64,000 nucleotides of DNA from Octopus sinensis (GCF_006345805.1 NC_043001.1:121272001-121336000), one strand, 5' to 3'. Counted from the stretch's first letter, positions 13,539 through 27,213 are shown. Numbers and translations: made by a program. Notes: generated from the sequence alone by a model not told the origin.

Positions 13539-14828
13539 CGAGGGACGTTCAATAAGTAATGCCTCTGACCCACTTGCAGTTGTTTGATCTAGCTGAAATT
13601 TTGCATGTGCAATCATTTATATCTCTATAGAGTGAGTGGCAAGTTACAGCTCTGAATTAATTGTGGTTTCTGATTTACAGGTGTTTGAACCGAGTCAAGT
13701 GTGAAATGGAGCCTGTTGAGTGTCGAGCAGTGATCCGGTTTTTGTATTTTAAAGGACTCACACCACGGGAGACTTTTGATGAAATGAAAGTAACTTATGG
13801 TGATGATGCCCCATCATATGACCTTGTAAAACGCTGGCATCGTGAATTCAAACATAGTCGGAACTCCGTGGAAACATCTCCCAGATCTGGTCGCCCCTTC
13901 TGCCATTGATGAGGCATCTGTCCGTCAAGTTGAGGCTGCCATTTTGGAAGATCGACGCATAATTATTCGCCAAATAGCCCATGAGGTCAAGATTAGTACT
14001 GGGTCTGTGGAAACTATCATTCATGACCATTTGCATATGCAAAAGGTGTCTGCCAGATGGATTCCCAGGTTGCTCACGCCTTTCCAGAAGCAAGAACGCG
14101 TCGAGTGCTCGAGGGTGAATTTGGAGATGTGCCAAGAAGATGAGTCAAAATTTTTCAAAAGACTGATTACACAGGATGAAACCTGGGTCCATCACGATGA
14201 TCCAGAGACCAAAGCCCAGTCAATGCAGTGGAAGCACTGTGACTCACCCCCTCCAAAGAAGGCAAGGGTGCAGCCCTCCTCTGGCAAGGTCATGCTCACA
14301 GTCTTCTGGTACCAGGACGGAGTAGTGATGACAGATTTCCTGGCAAAGGGTACCACAATTGCAGGAGCCTATTATGCTTCACTTTTGAGGAAATTAAGAG
14401 AAGTTATCAAAATCAAGAGGCGGGGCAAGATCAGCAAAGGCATCCTCCTCCTGCATGACAACGCTCCGGTCCACAACTCGCTTGTCGCCAGATCAGAAGC
14501 ACAGGCGTATGGCTATGAACTCCTCCCCCATCCCCCTACTTTCCTGACCTTGCACTCTCTGATTTTCACCTCTTCCCAGTCATGAAGTTGTTTTTGAAAG
14601 GAAAGCGTTTCCCAGATGGTGCAGCCTTGATTTCTGAAGTCACGTTCAGGTTGGAGGACCAAGCTGGGGTCTTCTACAAAAACGGTCTCCAGAGCTGCAT
14701 CAAACAACGGGAGAAATGCGTAACTCTGGGTGGTTCCTATGTAGAAAAAGGCTAATAACTGTGCCAAGTTTCGTTGCTCTACTGCTATGGGAAGTGGGTC
14801 AGGAGCATTACTTATTGAACGCCCCTCG
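13539..14828 (+). mobile_element. Full-length mariner (DD34D) transposon, 1290 bp, irritans-like
   Basis: TIRs CGAGGGACGTTCAATAAGTAATGC and GCATTACTTATTGAACGCCCCTCG (1 mismatch in 24), TA target duplication at 13537-38 and 14829-30. Confidence 0.97.
13706..14755 (+). pseudogene. Mariner transposase pseudogene (two frameshifts)
   Basis: MEPVECRAVIRFL..SGRP / WIPRLL / TQDETW / HDNAP / HPP-Y(F)PDLA(L)SDFHLF..EKCVTLGGSYVEKG*. Frameshifts in C-runs near 13895 and 14535, plus substitutions in conserved motifs. Confidence 0.93.
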
Positions 14829-15499
14829 TAGCTTTTGGAGAAATACCCGGTTTCGTGTAAACTTTTCAAATTTCTCAAATTTCTTTACCTATATCGTGTC
14901 ATGTCTTCGTTATGTAAACGAAGACATGACACAAAATTTTATAACAAAATTTTAACATTTTTCTAACATAACGACTTAAATATATTCTTCAACCTTATAA
15001 CACAAGCCTTCTGTAGTTTTTCACTCTTTTCTATTTTTTATATATCCAACCACGTGCTTTCACACACCAACTTTCTCACCTATATATATATAATTATTTT
15101 TTCTATCAATAATTAAAAATAGAACAAGAAGACTAGGTTCTTTTCAAGACCAAGGTCAACGCTTTCATTTATCTCTATGAGTAGTTAACACATTTGACCT
15201 CTGCTAATCCCAAGAGTATGAGGCCGCTTTTGTCTCCTTATCATACTGGAATGCCCATTGCAGATCTTTTCACCGTCTGCCGAATCTATTTACAGACCTG
15301 TGGAATTTAATCTATTCACCAAGCTATCTATCTTGCTCCTACTATTCCCTGAAACACTCACATATTTATGAGCGTCTCAAGTACAAGACAAAGGTTGAAA
15401 CTAAACGTCATTCAATAATACCTTTTAATAATAATTGGAAATAGTAATAATAATGGTAATAATGGTGATGGTGGCAATAATGTTAATAATAATAATTTA

Positions 15500-17915
15500 G
15501 CGAAAACTCATGTCGGATCAGAGGAAATATTAACAATGACAAATAGGAAAAATTCAACATAATAATATCAGTGATGATGATAATAATGAAAGGAAGCGGT
15601 TGGAATCTGCCTATGCTCTGATTGATGATACATCTAGTGATGGTGTTACAATAAAAACACTGGTGACAATGTTACACCCGGCAGGCTCAGAGATACTATT
15701 TCGACTCCAGCCTGTCGTTATCCAACAGCAGAGGAAACGATGACTATACAGTTCCGAGTGATAAAAATAATCTCATAGCAGAAAACAGGTGAAATCTCTA
15801 ATAAACCACAGGAAAGGAACAGTGATAGCTTGCTCGATGAGAGACGTATAAATGGTTTGGAAGAAGGCATTAAAACTAATGATGACATGACAGATTGGCA
15901 AAAGGCAATCTACGACAAAATAAAGCCAAGGCCATGGGGGAATGATAGCGACATTATTTTCAACCTTAAAAAGGTCGATCTGTGGAAATTGAACCAAGAG
16001 ACGAAAGCTGTGACTGAAATTCTGAAATACATCAGGACAAAAACATCACAGAAACAAATAATTTGATCAAGGCAGCAAGTATTGTTGTGGCATAAATTGT
16101 GGGTGTTGATGTCAAGAAAAAGAAATATAATGAGAGTGACAAAAGAAAAGAGCCATGGTGGAAAAGAAGAATACAGGTGGGGTTTAGATATGCTCTCGAA
16201 GAAGGACATTTCTGTGTTAAACCGAAAAGAAAAGAGAGATCTTAGAAGCGAACAAAAATACAGGGCACTGAACAGGAAGTATAATGTTGAAAGAAAGGGC
16301 CTGAAAGTGGTAATGGAGCAACTGAAACAGCACCTTGTTTCAAAGTAAGCAAATTTGGTCAGATACGACCAAAGAATGAAAGGTTACCAGCAGAATAGGT
16401 TATTCAGAATAACAGGCAGAACTAGTCATTTCAGATAGGGAAGTGAAGGAAATCAGCAAAAAATGGGCAACTGGAAGGCCTCGTGATCAGATGGATTTCA
16501 AGACTACTGAACCAAAAGATTTGGTGAATGTCATGCACGAATAGCTGCACAACTCAACACCTTGTTAAATGCCGACCAAGTAACACCAGAGTGATTGAGA
16601 ATGGGTAGGACAGTGCTGTGCATGAAAAACACCGAAAAAGGCAATACGGTATACAATTACAGGCTGATATCCTGCTTGTCATTTGTGTGGAAATTATTGA
16701 CTGGAATACTCGCAGAGTCAATGTACGAACATCTGGGAAAAAATGGAGTCCTGCCACATGAGTAGAAGGGTTGCAAGCTTAAGTGCAGAGGTACCAAGGA
16801 TCAACTCCTGAGTGACAAAACTGTGCCTGGAGACTGCAAGGAGGAAAACTAACTTAGCCATGTCATGGATCGATTATCGTAAGGCGTACGATATGATCCT
16901 ACATCCTTGGATTATGGTATATATGAACCGATTTGGTATTGCATCGAATGTTGAGCGATTGCTCGGAAAAAGTATGTCGAAGTGGAGGACGGAACTGACA
17001 GCATACGGAAGAAGTTTAGGGACAATAGAAATCAGGAGAGTCATCTTCTAACGCGACTGCCTGTCACCACTGACCTTTGTACTGTGCATGATATGACTAA
17101 CACTGATTCTGAGGAAAGCAAAGGGTGGGTGTGTATTCAAAAACCGCCAACAAAATGTCAACCACTTGTTATCCATGGATGATCTCAAACTTTATGGTAA
17201 AGATGAATCCCAAGTCAGTTCCCTCGTTGATACGGTGTATACTCTCAGTGTTGATATCAGAATGGAGTTCGAACTGAAAAAGTATGGCGTGTTACTCTTG
17301 AATGGAGGCAAAATCAAATGTATGGATGGGCTAGCGATACCGTCGGGGGAGGTTTTGAAGTAGATGATGATGGCAGAATAAACAAACTATAAGTCCTTGG
17401 TGATATTGGAAATGGATAAATTGAAGGAGAAAGAACTGACAGAAAAATTTAAGCTTGGAGTACTCGCGTAGACTGAGACTGATCCTTAAGTCGAAATTAA
17501 ACAGACGGAATAAGATTGAACCTATCAACACCTGAATGACTTCACTCCTTAGATATTGAGCAGGAGTAATGGCATGGAAAATAGACGAACTAAACAGCTT
17601 AGACAGAAAGACAAAGAAGATGCGGACTAGATTTGGGATGAACATGTCATGAACTGAATGAACACACACACCACAAAAATATTGAACTTTTTCCTCAACC
17701 TAGTATTACCGCTGGAGGTACCAAAGATCACAATGTTATGGTGAATAAAAAAGAAAGAACATGTATGATTATCAACATAGCATTCTCCGGTGACAACAGA
17801 ATCAATGTGAAAGAAGAAAAAATAAACAACTACGACGATTTAAAGTGGGAAATACGAAAGTTGTGGTCAATGAAGAGAGTAGACGTGATACCAGTAGTAA
17901 TTGGCGCTCTTTCTA
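15500..17915 (+). mobile_element. Decayed R4/Dong-clade non-LTR retrotransposon (RT plus C-terminal restriction-like endonuclease)
   Basis: Fragments NYRLISCLSFVWKLLTG, GTKDQLL, NLAMSWIDYRKAYD, HLLSMDDLKLYGK, LILKSKLN and RLE tail TCMIINIA..DNRINVKEEK..YDDLKWEIRKLW..IPVVIGAL. Many stops and frameshifts, and a deletion between RT and RLE. Confidence 0.85.
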
Positions 17916-17929
17916 CTAAAGGCACAAGG

Positions 17930-18065
17930 CTTGAAGTTTCATCGACCCCGAAAGGAAAAAAGACAAAGTCGACCTCAGTGAAATTTGAATTCAGAACGTA
18001 AAGACAGACGAAATGCCACTAAACATTTCCTCCACCCCGGTGTGCTAACTATCCTGTCAGCTCGA
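17930..18065 (-). mobile_element. tRNA-derived SINE head (uninterrupted relative of the SINE hosting the minisatellite)
   Basis: catcgaccccgaaagg..aaagtcgacctcagtgaaatttgaattcagaacgtaaagacagacgaaatgccactaaacattt..gtgctaactatcctgtcagctcg, with B-box-like and A-box-like motifs on the minus strand. Confidence 0.8.
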
Positions 18066-18370
18066 ATATTGATAGCTGTGACAGGAAACATATTTGACGC
18101 CACATCCTTTGTATTTCAATTTACAGGTCCTTATATTCATTAAGCTTCTCAAATTCCTTAACAGCGATATTCTTTATCATCTATCAATTTAAAACTATTT
18201 TCTAGCCTGTCTTTAATAATGTCTGGTTGATTTGTCTGGATTGTTCTATCAGTGTTGACCAGAAAATAACACGTTAACAACTTTGAAGCACCAGGTAGTG
18301 ACTGCACATAAAACAATATACTGAAGCGTGTTTACATTCGAGATGCTTGTGTGTAACACACACACACACG

Positions 18371-18405
<35 letters not shown>

Positions 18406-18464
18406 TGATTAACCAAAATTTGTTTTTGTTTCATCACTAACATTCTCTTTTCTCGCCTTTTCAG

Positions 18465-18685
18465 ATGGATGGATCGGTTACATCCGGGGATGTTACAAAC
18501 AAGGTGCGCTGCAGGGCATCGACGACAGCAACGGTTGCCGATACTGGACATCGCCCCTCAATAACATGACGGCACTCTACTGTTTCTGTGACACAGATTA
18601 TTGTAATAGTTCTCCATCTGGCTATTTTTCTCTAGGATTTTCCATCACCATTGCCATCGCGATAACTGTCATTATTGTTTTCTAA
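18465..18685 (+). CDS. Terminal coding exon of the same Ly6/uPAR (Quiver-like) gene; C-terminal half of the LU domain plus GPI-anchor signal
   Basis: Acceptor cattctcttttctcgccttttcag|. Translation (D)GWIGYIRGCYKQGALQGIDDSNGCRYWTSPLNNMTALYCFCDTDYCNSSPSGYFSLGFSITIAIAITVIIVF*, TAA at 18683-18685. Contains Cys6-10 with the diagnostic CxCxxDxCN end, then small residues and a hydrophobic tail. Possible AATAAA at 18915. Confidence 0.9.
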
Positions 18686-19934
18686 AAGAAAAAATGGGAT
18701 GAGAACTATTAGTTTTTGTTCTTGGATTTTTTACTAGTGTGGATGTTATTGTTCAAATTGGTGTGGTTGTCTTTTCTCTAGTTTGTTTATTCTGCCATCA
18801 TATGTCTATCTAATCTTTTACGTGTTCACCAGTTTCTTCTCCAATTGTATTCCATTGGTATTTTATTACCTATCACCTTAGATCTAAAATATAATCCTCC
18901 CATTTAAGAAACCAAATAAATAGTAAAAATACATGAATACTTCATTAAGACCACCCACCTGTCATAATTAAGAATTTCGTCATATCCCAGCATAGTCGCA
19001 GTCCAACGAATGAAACAACTAAAAGAATAAAAGAATACAGTTATCCAGTATTTTATCCAATTGGTGCTCCTTCAACAAAGTATTTGCTTGTTATAATAAA
19101 TCGTTAAAACGAAGCGGGTTTAAATATAAAATCAGTTTTATTAATAACATCACTTCTCAGATACGTCAAAACAGGAAACGCGAATCCATTGGGTTTATTT
19201 TGGCTGCTAATTAAATACCAAAGAAACAAAAATATAACATTTTTTAATAGAAATAGTTGAATACAAAAACTTATAAACAATAATTTGCATCTAATAATTC
19301 CTGTTTAAGTACTTGCTTGAAAGCCATAAATTGCCCTTTAAATAAGTGATATTTTTCAAAATCAATAGTTTATTATACAAAAGCGTTTACAGCTAATAAT
19401 TCAGTTTCCAAAGATTATGTCAAGTTAACATTAATTTTTAGGCGACGATTATTTTCATACAACTACACACACACACACACACACACTCTCTCTCTCACTG
19501 ATGTCAATAAATATTCATACGCATACACACACATATATCGATATATGTATTATTCTTATAACGACAGCAATTAAATTTATACAAGTACACAGATATATTA
19601 AAATGCACATGCATATACATACACACAATATACACACATGCGTTTGTATTTATTGATAGCACCACCCAACGATATGTTACTCAGAAATACGAGATGAACG
19701 TGGTTCTCATGTTCCTTTTAAACGTACATTTTAGTCTCACAGTACGGAATAGAGATCATGATTAAACAATAGATTTTTCACTTAGTGACTAGAAAAACTA
19801 ATTCTTCCAAATAGTTTCAGGCCTTATTATTAAGTTATCAGAGGTCGATTTCTAATTTTGTGAACCCGCAGTTAGCACCCGTTTCCTCGTCACAATATGG
19901 CAAAGACGTATGAGTGTTAAAAACATGTGCCTCC

Positions 19935-19981
<47 letters not shown>

Positions 19982-20007
19982 TGTGTGAGGGATGTGTATG
20001 CATTTTC

Positions 20008-20215
20008 TTATTTTACTACCTCCGCCTTAGCGAAGACGGAGGTATTGTTTTCAGTCGTGTTTGTTTGTTTGCTTGTCCGAGGACGAGATATCCCAAGAAC
20101 TGTTGGTTAGATTTGGATGACACTTTCAGAAATGTTTGGCCTCCTGATTGGCACGAACTGATTAGATTTTGTGATCGATCCGGTACCGGACAAGGATTCT
20201 GGATAATTCGTTATA
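20008..20215 (+). mobile_element. Short non-autonomous Helentron/HINE-like element
   Basis: Starts with hairpin ACCTCCG-ccttagcgaaga-CGGAGGT, followed by gtttgtttgtttg and gatttggatgacactt..gattagattttg..gatccgg. The architecture is typical of DINE/HINE elements; family identity is recalled, not searched. Confidence 0.45.
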
Positions 20216-21081
20216 TTTACTTTACATGATTACGATCTTACGTTGATTTTCAAGTCTTTCTCAGTTATCTCCATTTAGGCTGTTTCCAAAGTGTTATTTT
20301 CGTTTCTTTATCATCAATTTTATTCGCGTCTCTATCTTAGTAGAAATAAATGGATAAATACATCAAAGTACATAAACAAACGGCAGCAAAACCGTTCAGA
20401 AATTAAATGAAACTGACATATTTTATAATATATATATTATACATACAAATTAACACTTTACAGTATACTTATATACAAACATACATCTATACATCGATCC
20501 ATTTGCTTTCATTTCTGTGTCTGTGTGCGCGCGCATGTGTGAGAGAGTGTTTCCAGGTCATTGCTTGTGCGTGTGTCCGTGTGTGTGTGTGTGTGTGTGT
20601 GTGTCCGTGTGTGTGCGTGCGTGTGTGTGTGTGTGTGTGTGGTGTGTGTGTGTGTTTGAGAGTGAGTGAGTGTGTAACTGTGTGTTTTCATTTCTGTGTG
20701 AGTGTGTGAGTGTGAGAGTGTGTGTGAGTGTTTTCATTTCTGTGTGTGTATTTGTTTGTGTGTGTGCGACAATTACAGCTATAACAAACACTTTGACCAG
20801 CTCTAAGATACCCACATTTTCAGATCACTAACTTCTAAATCAAAAGAAATTCAATTTATTGGATCTTTAGCGACAACATATTATTTTACACCGGTTGTGA
20901 AGCAGTGATGAGGGAGAAACACAAAGACACACATATATACATATATACATACATATACATCTATATCTATAGAAATACATTTATACATATACAGCTATAC
21001 ATATACATGTATAGATATACATGTATATATATACATGTATATATATATATATATATACATGTAAATATATATATACATCTA

Positions 21082-21116
<35 letters not shown>

Positions 21117-21125
21117 ATATATATA

Positions 21126-21166
<41 letters not shown>

Positions 21167-21174
21167 TAATCCAA

Positions 21175-21420
21175 ACATGAAAACACAAAGAGAAAACACA
21201 ACAACGCGAGGACGTGGAACAATATAGTATTATTGGACGCTCAGGAAAGAAGGAGGGTTTAACGTTTCGAGCGGAGCTCATAGGAAAAGGAAAGATCCAA
21301 AGAAGGGAAGACGGAGAAAAAAATTGCCAACGGTACACACGCGGTTACATTTTGAATATATATATACATGTAAATTTAAGTTAAAAATAATAAGGGTGAA
21401 AAATTGAATATTAATTTGAT
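21175..21420 (-). mobile_element. Penelope-like element terminal repeat remnant with a broken hammerhead-like motif
   Basis: Minus strand reads GAGC-TCC-GCTC-GAAACGTTAAA (stem II plus GAAA, core deleted) next to tttcctgagcgtcc-aata, related to the 510-bp unit at 26009. Confidence 0.55.
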
Positions 21421-21599
21421 TAAAATGAATTGAAAACCAGTGGTGTAGCAGATAAGACCATAGCGGATCTTCTTCTAGCAAAATGGATGTCCACTGTTAA
21501 TGGTTCATCCCTCTTACATAATAGTTTCACTTTATTAGTTTCACTTTATTAGTTTCACTATGAAAGTGAAAGCATGTGACATTACAATACAGAGATGTT

Positions 21600-21817
21600 T
21601 TTGTTTCACTTTTAACACGTAATACCGAAATAGTGGAGAAGATATGATATTGCTGTGGGCTCGCCCTCGGCAAGAAGTTAAAAGTTTTTGCCCATAACAC
21701 TACATGGACCCTAAGTAAGGCATGTGCAAAATTTGAATAAAATTGGTTGTGTAGTTCTCAAGTTTATTGATTCACACAGACAGACACACACACATTCTCA
21801 GGTTTATATATATAGAT
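21600..21817 (-). mobile_element. 5' end of a non-autonomous Helitron-like element
   Basis: Minus strand begins (a)TCTATATATATAAAcctgagaatgtgtgtg..ctgtctgtgtgaatc..caaccaattttattcaaattttgcacatgcc. No 3' CTAG end located. Confidence 0.5.
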
Positions 21818-21899
21818 ATCTATCGATATATCTATCGATATATATATATATAATATATATATATATAATATATATATATATATAATATATTTTATATAT

Positions 21900-21964
<65 letters not shown>

Positions 21965-21996
21965 ATACATATATTATATATATTATATATATATAT

Positions 21997-24745
21997 ATAC
22001 TCAAATTCGGTGTGTGACACACTAATTGTACATATAAGGCAACTTGGTGTAGTTATATGTGCTACATATCACCCTCCAGATGCCCCAAGCCATGTAGGCA
22101 AGTTTGAAGACTGCCTTATAAAAATAGAAGTTCTAGTCACATTAGAACAACACATAAGTGTACTTCTCATGGGAGACTTCAATCTGCCCAATGTCAGATG
22201 GCCCGAGGGCCTTTCTCTCCCAGGAATGACACGATGCGAACGAGAACAGGCGAGGTCCCTCCTGAACCTCATCAACACTCTGTACATGGAGCAAATAATA
22301 CTCCAACCAACCATGGCAGGTAACATACTGGATCTCTGCTTCACAAATAATATGGATCTCATCCATAATGTGAAAGTGACACCGACACTACTCTCGGATC
22401 ACAACATGGTAGAGCTGACCATGTACGGGCCAAAGGAAAGCATGGGCATGCAGTCTACAAGAAACTCTCAGAATCTTTCCAGCTTGAACTTCCATAAGGC
22501 AAACTGGAAATGAATTGAGAAAGAGATCCTCAAACAAAACTGGCCTGAATGTCTCTCCATCGACATGAAACTCCAACAATTCATGTCTGTAATGCAAGCC
22601 ATATGCTACAAATGTGTCCCAGAGAGAAAGGCCACTGTACACAAGAACAAAATCCCCAGAGAGAGGAAAATTCTAATGAGACGGCGTACAAAAGTTTCAA
22701 ATCGTCTAAACAAACAAATTGAAAGCAGTGAAAAGTCCCGCCTGAAAATAAAACAATTGGAAAAAGAAAGAGCAGACAAAGAAGCCTGGGCTATAGACAA
22801 CATAAAATCTAACCCCAGAGCTTTCTACAGGTATGCCAAAGAAACAGCTACGGTGCACTGTAGGATAGGGCCACTCCTTGAAAAGGATGGCACACTCATA
22901 GGAAATCCAATGAGGATAAGTGAAATACTAAATGAGCAATTCAAGAGTATTTTCACTCCACCCCTAGGGCATTTTCAAGTCAGTAATCCAACTGACTTCT
23001 TTACCACTGCAGATATAAAATCAGAGGCAGCGATGATTGATTACATCAATATAAAGGAAGACGATGCCATAAAGGCTATAGATGAAATGAAAACAAACTC
23101 AGCTACTGGCCCCGATGGATTCCCGGCAATCCTTCTAAAAGTATGTAAGAGAGTCCTAGCAAGACCACTGCAGTTCCTCGTTCAGAGCTTCCTTGCAACT
23201 GGCAAACTTCCAAGAAAACTGAAGGAAGGTAAAATATGCCCTATTCATAAAGGAGGTAGCAGAGCGGAGGCCAAGAACTACAGACTTATCTCTCTGACCT
23301 CACACATCAGTAAGGTCATGGAACGAATAGTCAGAAGGAAACTAATCACCTTCCTTGAAGAAAATGACTTGCTGCCTGACACCCAACATGATTTCCGACC
23401 AGGAAGAAGCTGCCTAACTCAGCTCCTACAACACTATGACTGGGTGCTGAAACGACTGCTCAACCACCCAAATGTGGAAGTCATATATCTTGACTTTGCA
23501 AAGGCCTTTGATAAAGTCGATCATGGAATGATATGTTACAAACTGCGTGATCTTGGCATAGTTGGAAAATTGGGAGAACGGCTTCATGACTTTCTCAAGG
23601 ATAGAAGCCAGGTGGTAGTAGCCAATGGGGCCACTTCCATTAACACGCAAATAGTGAGCGGTGTTCCGCAAGGCACTGTTTTGAAACCACTACTGTTCAT
23701 AATGGTCCTCTCAGGCATGCCCTCAGCCACGCAGAGAGCCACGACCACAAGTTATGCAGGTGATACAAAAGTTTCACATGCAATACAGAACCCTGAAGAC
23801 ACTATACACCTGCAATGTGAGTTGAAAAAAATATACAAGTGGGCTGAAAAGAATAGCATGCAGTTCAATGCTGAAAAGTTTCAAGCTTTATGCTATCAGC
23901 ATGCAAAACTAAATGCAATACCCAATAAATACGCTGGACCTGGAGGGATTGCAATCCCAGAGGCACAATCAGTGCGAGACCTGGGTATTTACATGAGTGA
24001 TGATGCAACCTTTCATGTGCATGTTGCTAAATTGGCAATGAAATGTAGGCGGCTGACCGGATGGATTCTTAGAACCTTTAGAACAAGAGACCAAGAAACC
24101 ATGATGGTCCTCTGGAGGATACTTGTCCTAAGCCACTTTGACTATTGCTCTCAGCTATGGTCACCATCCAGTGTCAAGTTAATCACAGAACTGGAGGCGA
24201 TCCAACGAAACTACACGAAGAAGATAGCCTCTGTGCAGCATATAAGCTACTGGGAAAGACTCAAGAGATTAAGACTCTATTCCTTAGAGCGTAGGCGAGA
24301 AAGATATGCCATAATATACATCTGGAAGATCCTAGAAGGACTTGTCCCAAACTTTGGCATCGAGAGTTACACAAATACTAGAACTGGGCGCCACTGCGTA
24401 GTGCCAAGGACTCCAAATTTAGCATCAAGATGTAGGACAAGATAATGTGATAGCCTGGGCTTCAGAGGCCCATATTTCTTCAATATCCTCCCGAAGAACC
24501 TGAGAGACCTGCATGGGGTGGATGCAGATGTCTTTAAAATAAAACTGGATCTCTTCCTGTCAGGTGTCCCAGATGAACCAACTTCACGGCAGGAGGTGCA
24601 GATGAGGGCAGCTGCATCGAACTCTCTCATGCACCAAATGGCAATTGCTAAAAAGCATTCGTGAAGTAAAATCATGTAGCAACACCAAATGGCGGTGCCC
24701 CAGCATGGCCACAGCTCGTGAGCTGAAACTAGATAAAATAAAAAA
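21997..24745 (+). mobile_element. LINE copy A, CR1-group (Proto2-like), 5'-truncated within the APE domain; ORF2 interrupted by 2 in-frame stops
   Basis: APE GDFNLP..LDLCFTN..SDHN; RT PGRSCLTQLL, IYLDFAKAFDKVDH, SGVPQG, RLYSLERRRERY, VPDEP. Stops at 22511 and 24443, natural end at 24662-24664. 3' UTR ends ctagataaaa. Both sides abut (AT)n. Confidence 0.93.
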
Positions 24746-24756
24746 ATAAATAAAAA

Positions 24757-24803
<47 letters not shown>

Positions 24804-24804
24804 A

Positions 24805-25560
<756 letters not shown>

Positions 25561-25894
25561 AACGACAAAATTGTATATTCTCTTAACTACATAATTAAGG
25601 GAGATAACTAAAAAATAATTCAAGACTTACTTCCCTAGAATCATATAAAAAAAGACGTGACTGTTTGATCTCTCAGTGTGTTCCTTTTCCGCTTGCAAAG
25701 GGGACATAAGCATTCGCGCACGAAGAGACACACACATATACAACCTTTCTGCTGGTACCTTTAACAAATAAGCATTGGCCAGCTTATAATTTACATTTAA
25801 TAACACACCACAACTATATAAAGTACTAACAATATCTAGTACTACCCTTTGGACTTAATCAGGTTTTTATTTTGTTTTAGTTAGTATATACACG

Positions 25895-26008
25895 TATGTA
25901 TGTATGTATGTATGTATGTATGTATGTATGTATGTATGTATGTATGTATGTATGTATGTATGTATTTATGTATGTATGTATGTATGTATGAATGTATGTA
26001 TGTATACA
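25895..26008. repeat. (TATG)n microsatellite
   Basis: Directly visible. Confidence 0.97.
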
Positions 26009-26156
26009 TAACCTTGAACTCTCAACCTTGAACTTGTTCGCATAAACTGTCCCGTTCGTTTTATTTTTATTTTCTCATATATTATCCTTTTTTTACATTC
26101 ATTTCATCTGCACGCATTTTTTTTCTCTCCTTCTTTCTATGTTCCCTCTCTGTGTA

Positions 26157-26194
26157 TCTTTCTGTTGAAGAGCGTAGGCTCGAAACGTTAAAGA
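26157..26194 (+). ncRNA. Minimal type-I hammerhead-ribozyme-like motif, copy 1
   Basis: TCTTT (stem I) - CTGTTGA-A (core, A6>U) - GAGC GTAG GCTC (stem II) - GAAA - CGTT (palindromic AACGTT stem III, GUU triplet) - AAAGA (stem I partner). Confidence 0.6.
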
Positions 26195-26666
26195 CTTGTT
26201 TTATTTATATTTCCTGAGCACCATACTAATACAATTGTTTGTTTGTATTCCACCTGCCTTCGTCTTTTGTTTATTTCCGTAAACCTGCCTTCGTCTTTTG
26301 TCTATTTTCATAAAGCTTCCCGTTATATATTACGCGCTCACGTGGTCTCACTTTCATCCTATATTCTACCAACACCACTATCAACTCTTACCTCTACATT
26401 GGATTTTCTTTACCCCTTGGATACTTACCATTGGCTGCACCTCTCTTTCACGGATCAAAGTGACTTTGTTATTGATGTGAAATCCTTAAAAAAATATACC
26501 ACGACGTCTATACATTTCTAACCTTGAACTCTCAACCTTGAACTTTTTCGCATAAACTGTCCCGTTCGTTTTATTTTTATTTTCTCATATATTATCCTTT
26601 TTTTACATTCATTTCATCTGCACGCATTTTTTTTCTCTCCTTCTTTCTATGTTCCTTCTCTGTGTA

Positions 26667-26704
26667 TCTTTCTGTTGAAGAGCGTAGGCTCGAAACGTTA
26701 AAGA
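26667..26704 (+). ncRNA. Hammerhead-like motif, copy 2
   Basis: Identical to 26157-26194. Confidence 0.6.
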
Positions 26705-27175
26705 CTTGTTTTATTTATATTTCCTGAGCACCATACTAATACAATTGTTTGTTTGTATTCCACCTGCCTTCGTCTTTTGTTTATTTCCGTAAACCTGCCT
26801 TCGTCTTTTGTCTATTTTCATAAAGCTTCCCGTTATATATTACGCGCTCACGTGGTCTCACTTTCATCCTATATTCTACCAACACCACTATCAACTCTTA
26901 CCTCTACATTGGATTTTCTTTACCCCTTGGATACTTACCATTGGCTGCACCTCTCTTTCACGGATCAAAGTGACTTTGTTATTGATGTGAAATCCTTAAA
27001 AAATATACCACGACGTCTATACATTTCTAACCTTGAACTCTCAACCTTGAACTTTTTCGCATAAACTGTCCCGTTCGTTTTATTTTTATTTTCTCATATA
27101 TTATCCTTTTTTTACATTCATTTCATCTGCACGCATTTTTTTTCTCTCCTTCTTTCTATGTTCCTTCTCTGTGTA

Positions 27176-27213
27176 TCTTTCTGTTGAAGAGCGTAGGCTC
27201 GAAACGTTAAAGA
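27176..27213 (+). ncRNA. Hammerhead-like motif, copy 3
   Basis: Identical to 26157-26194. Confidence 0.6.

Larger units (their letters stand above)
13423..15045. mobile_element. Foldback/MITE-like element with ~105-bp inverted arms (13423-13528 and 14929-15045), interrupted by the mariner
   Basis: Left aagagtgaaaaaactacagaaggcttgttttataaggttgaagaatatatttaagtcgttatgttagaaaaatgtta is the reverse complement of right taacatttttctaacataacgacttaaatatattcttcaaccttataacacaagccttctgtagtttttcactctt. Confidence 0.75.

Noticed and set aside
13706-14755. Possibly intact mariner transposase (both frameshifts lie in C homopolymers)
   Set aside because: Even if the indels were sequencing errors, several conserved motifs carry substitutions (YSP>YFP, LAP>LAL, VFWD>VFWY), indicating decay.
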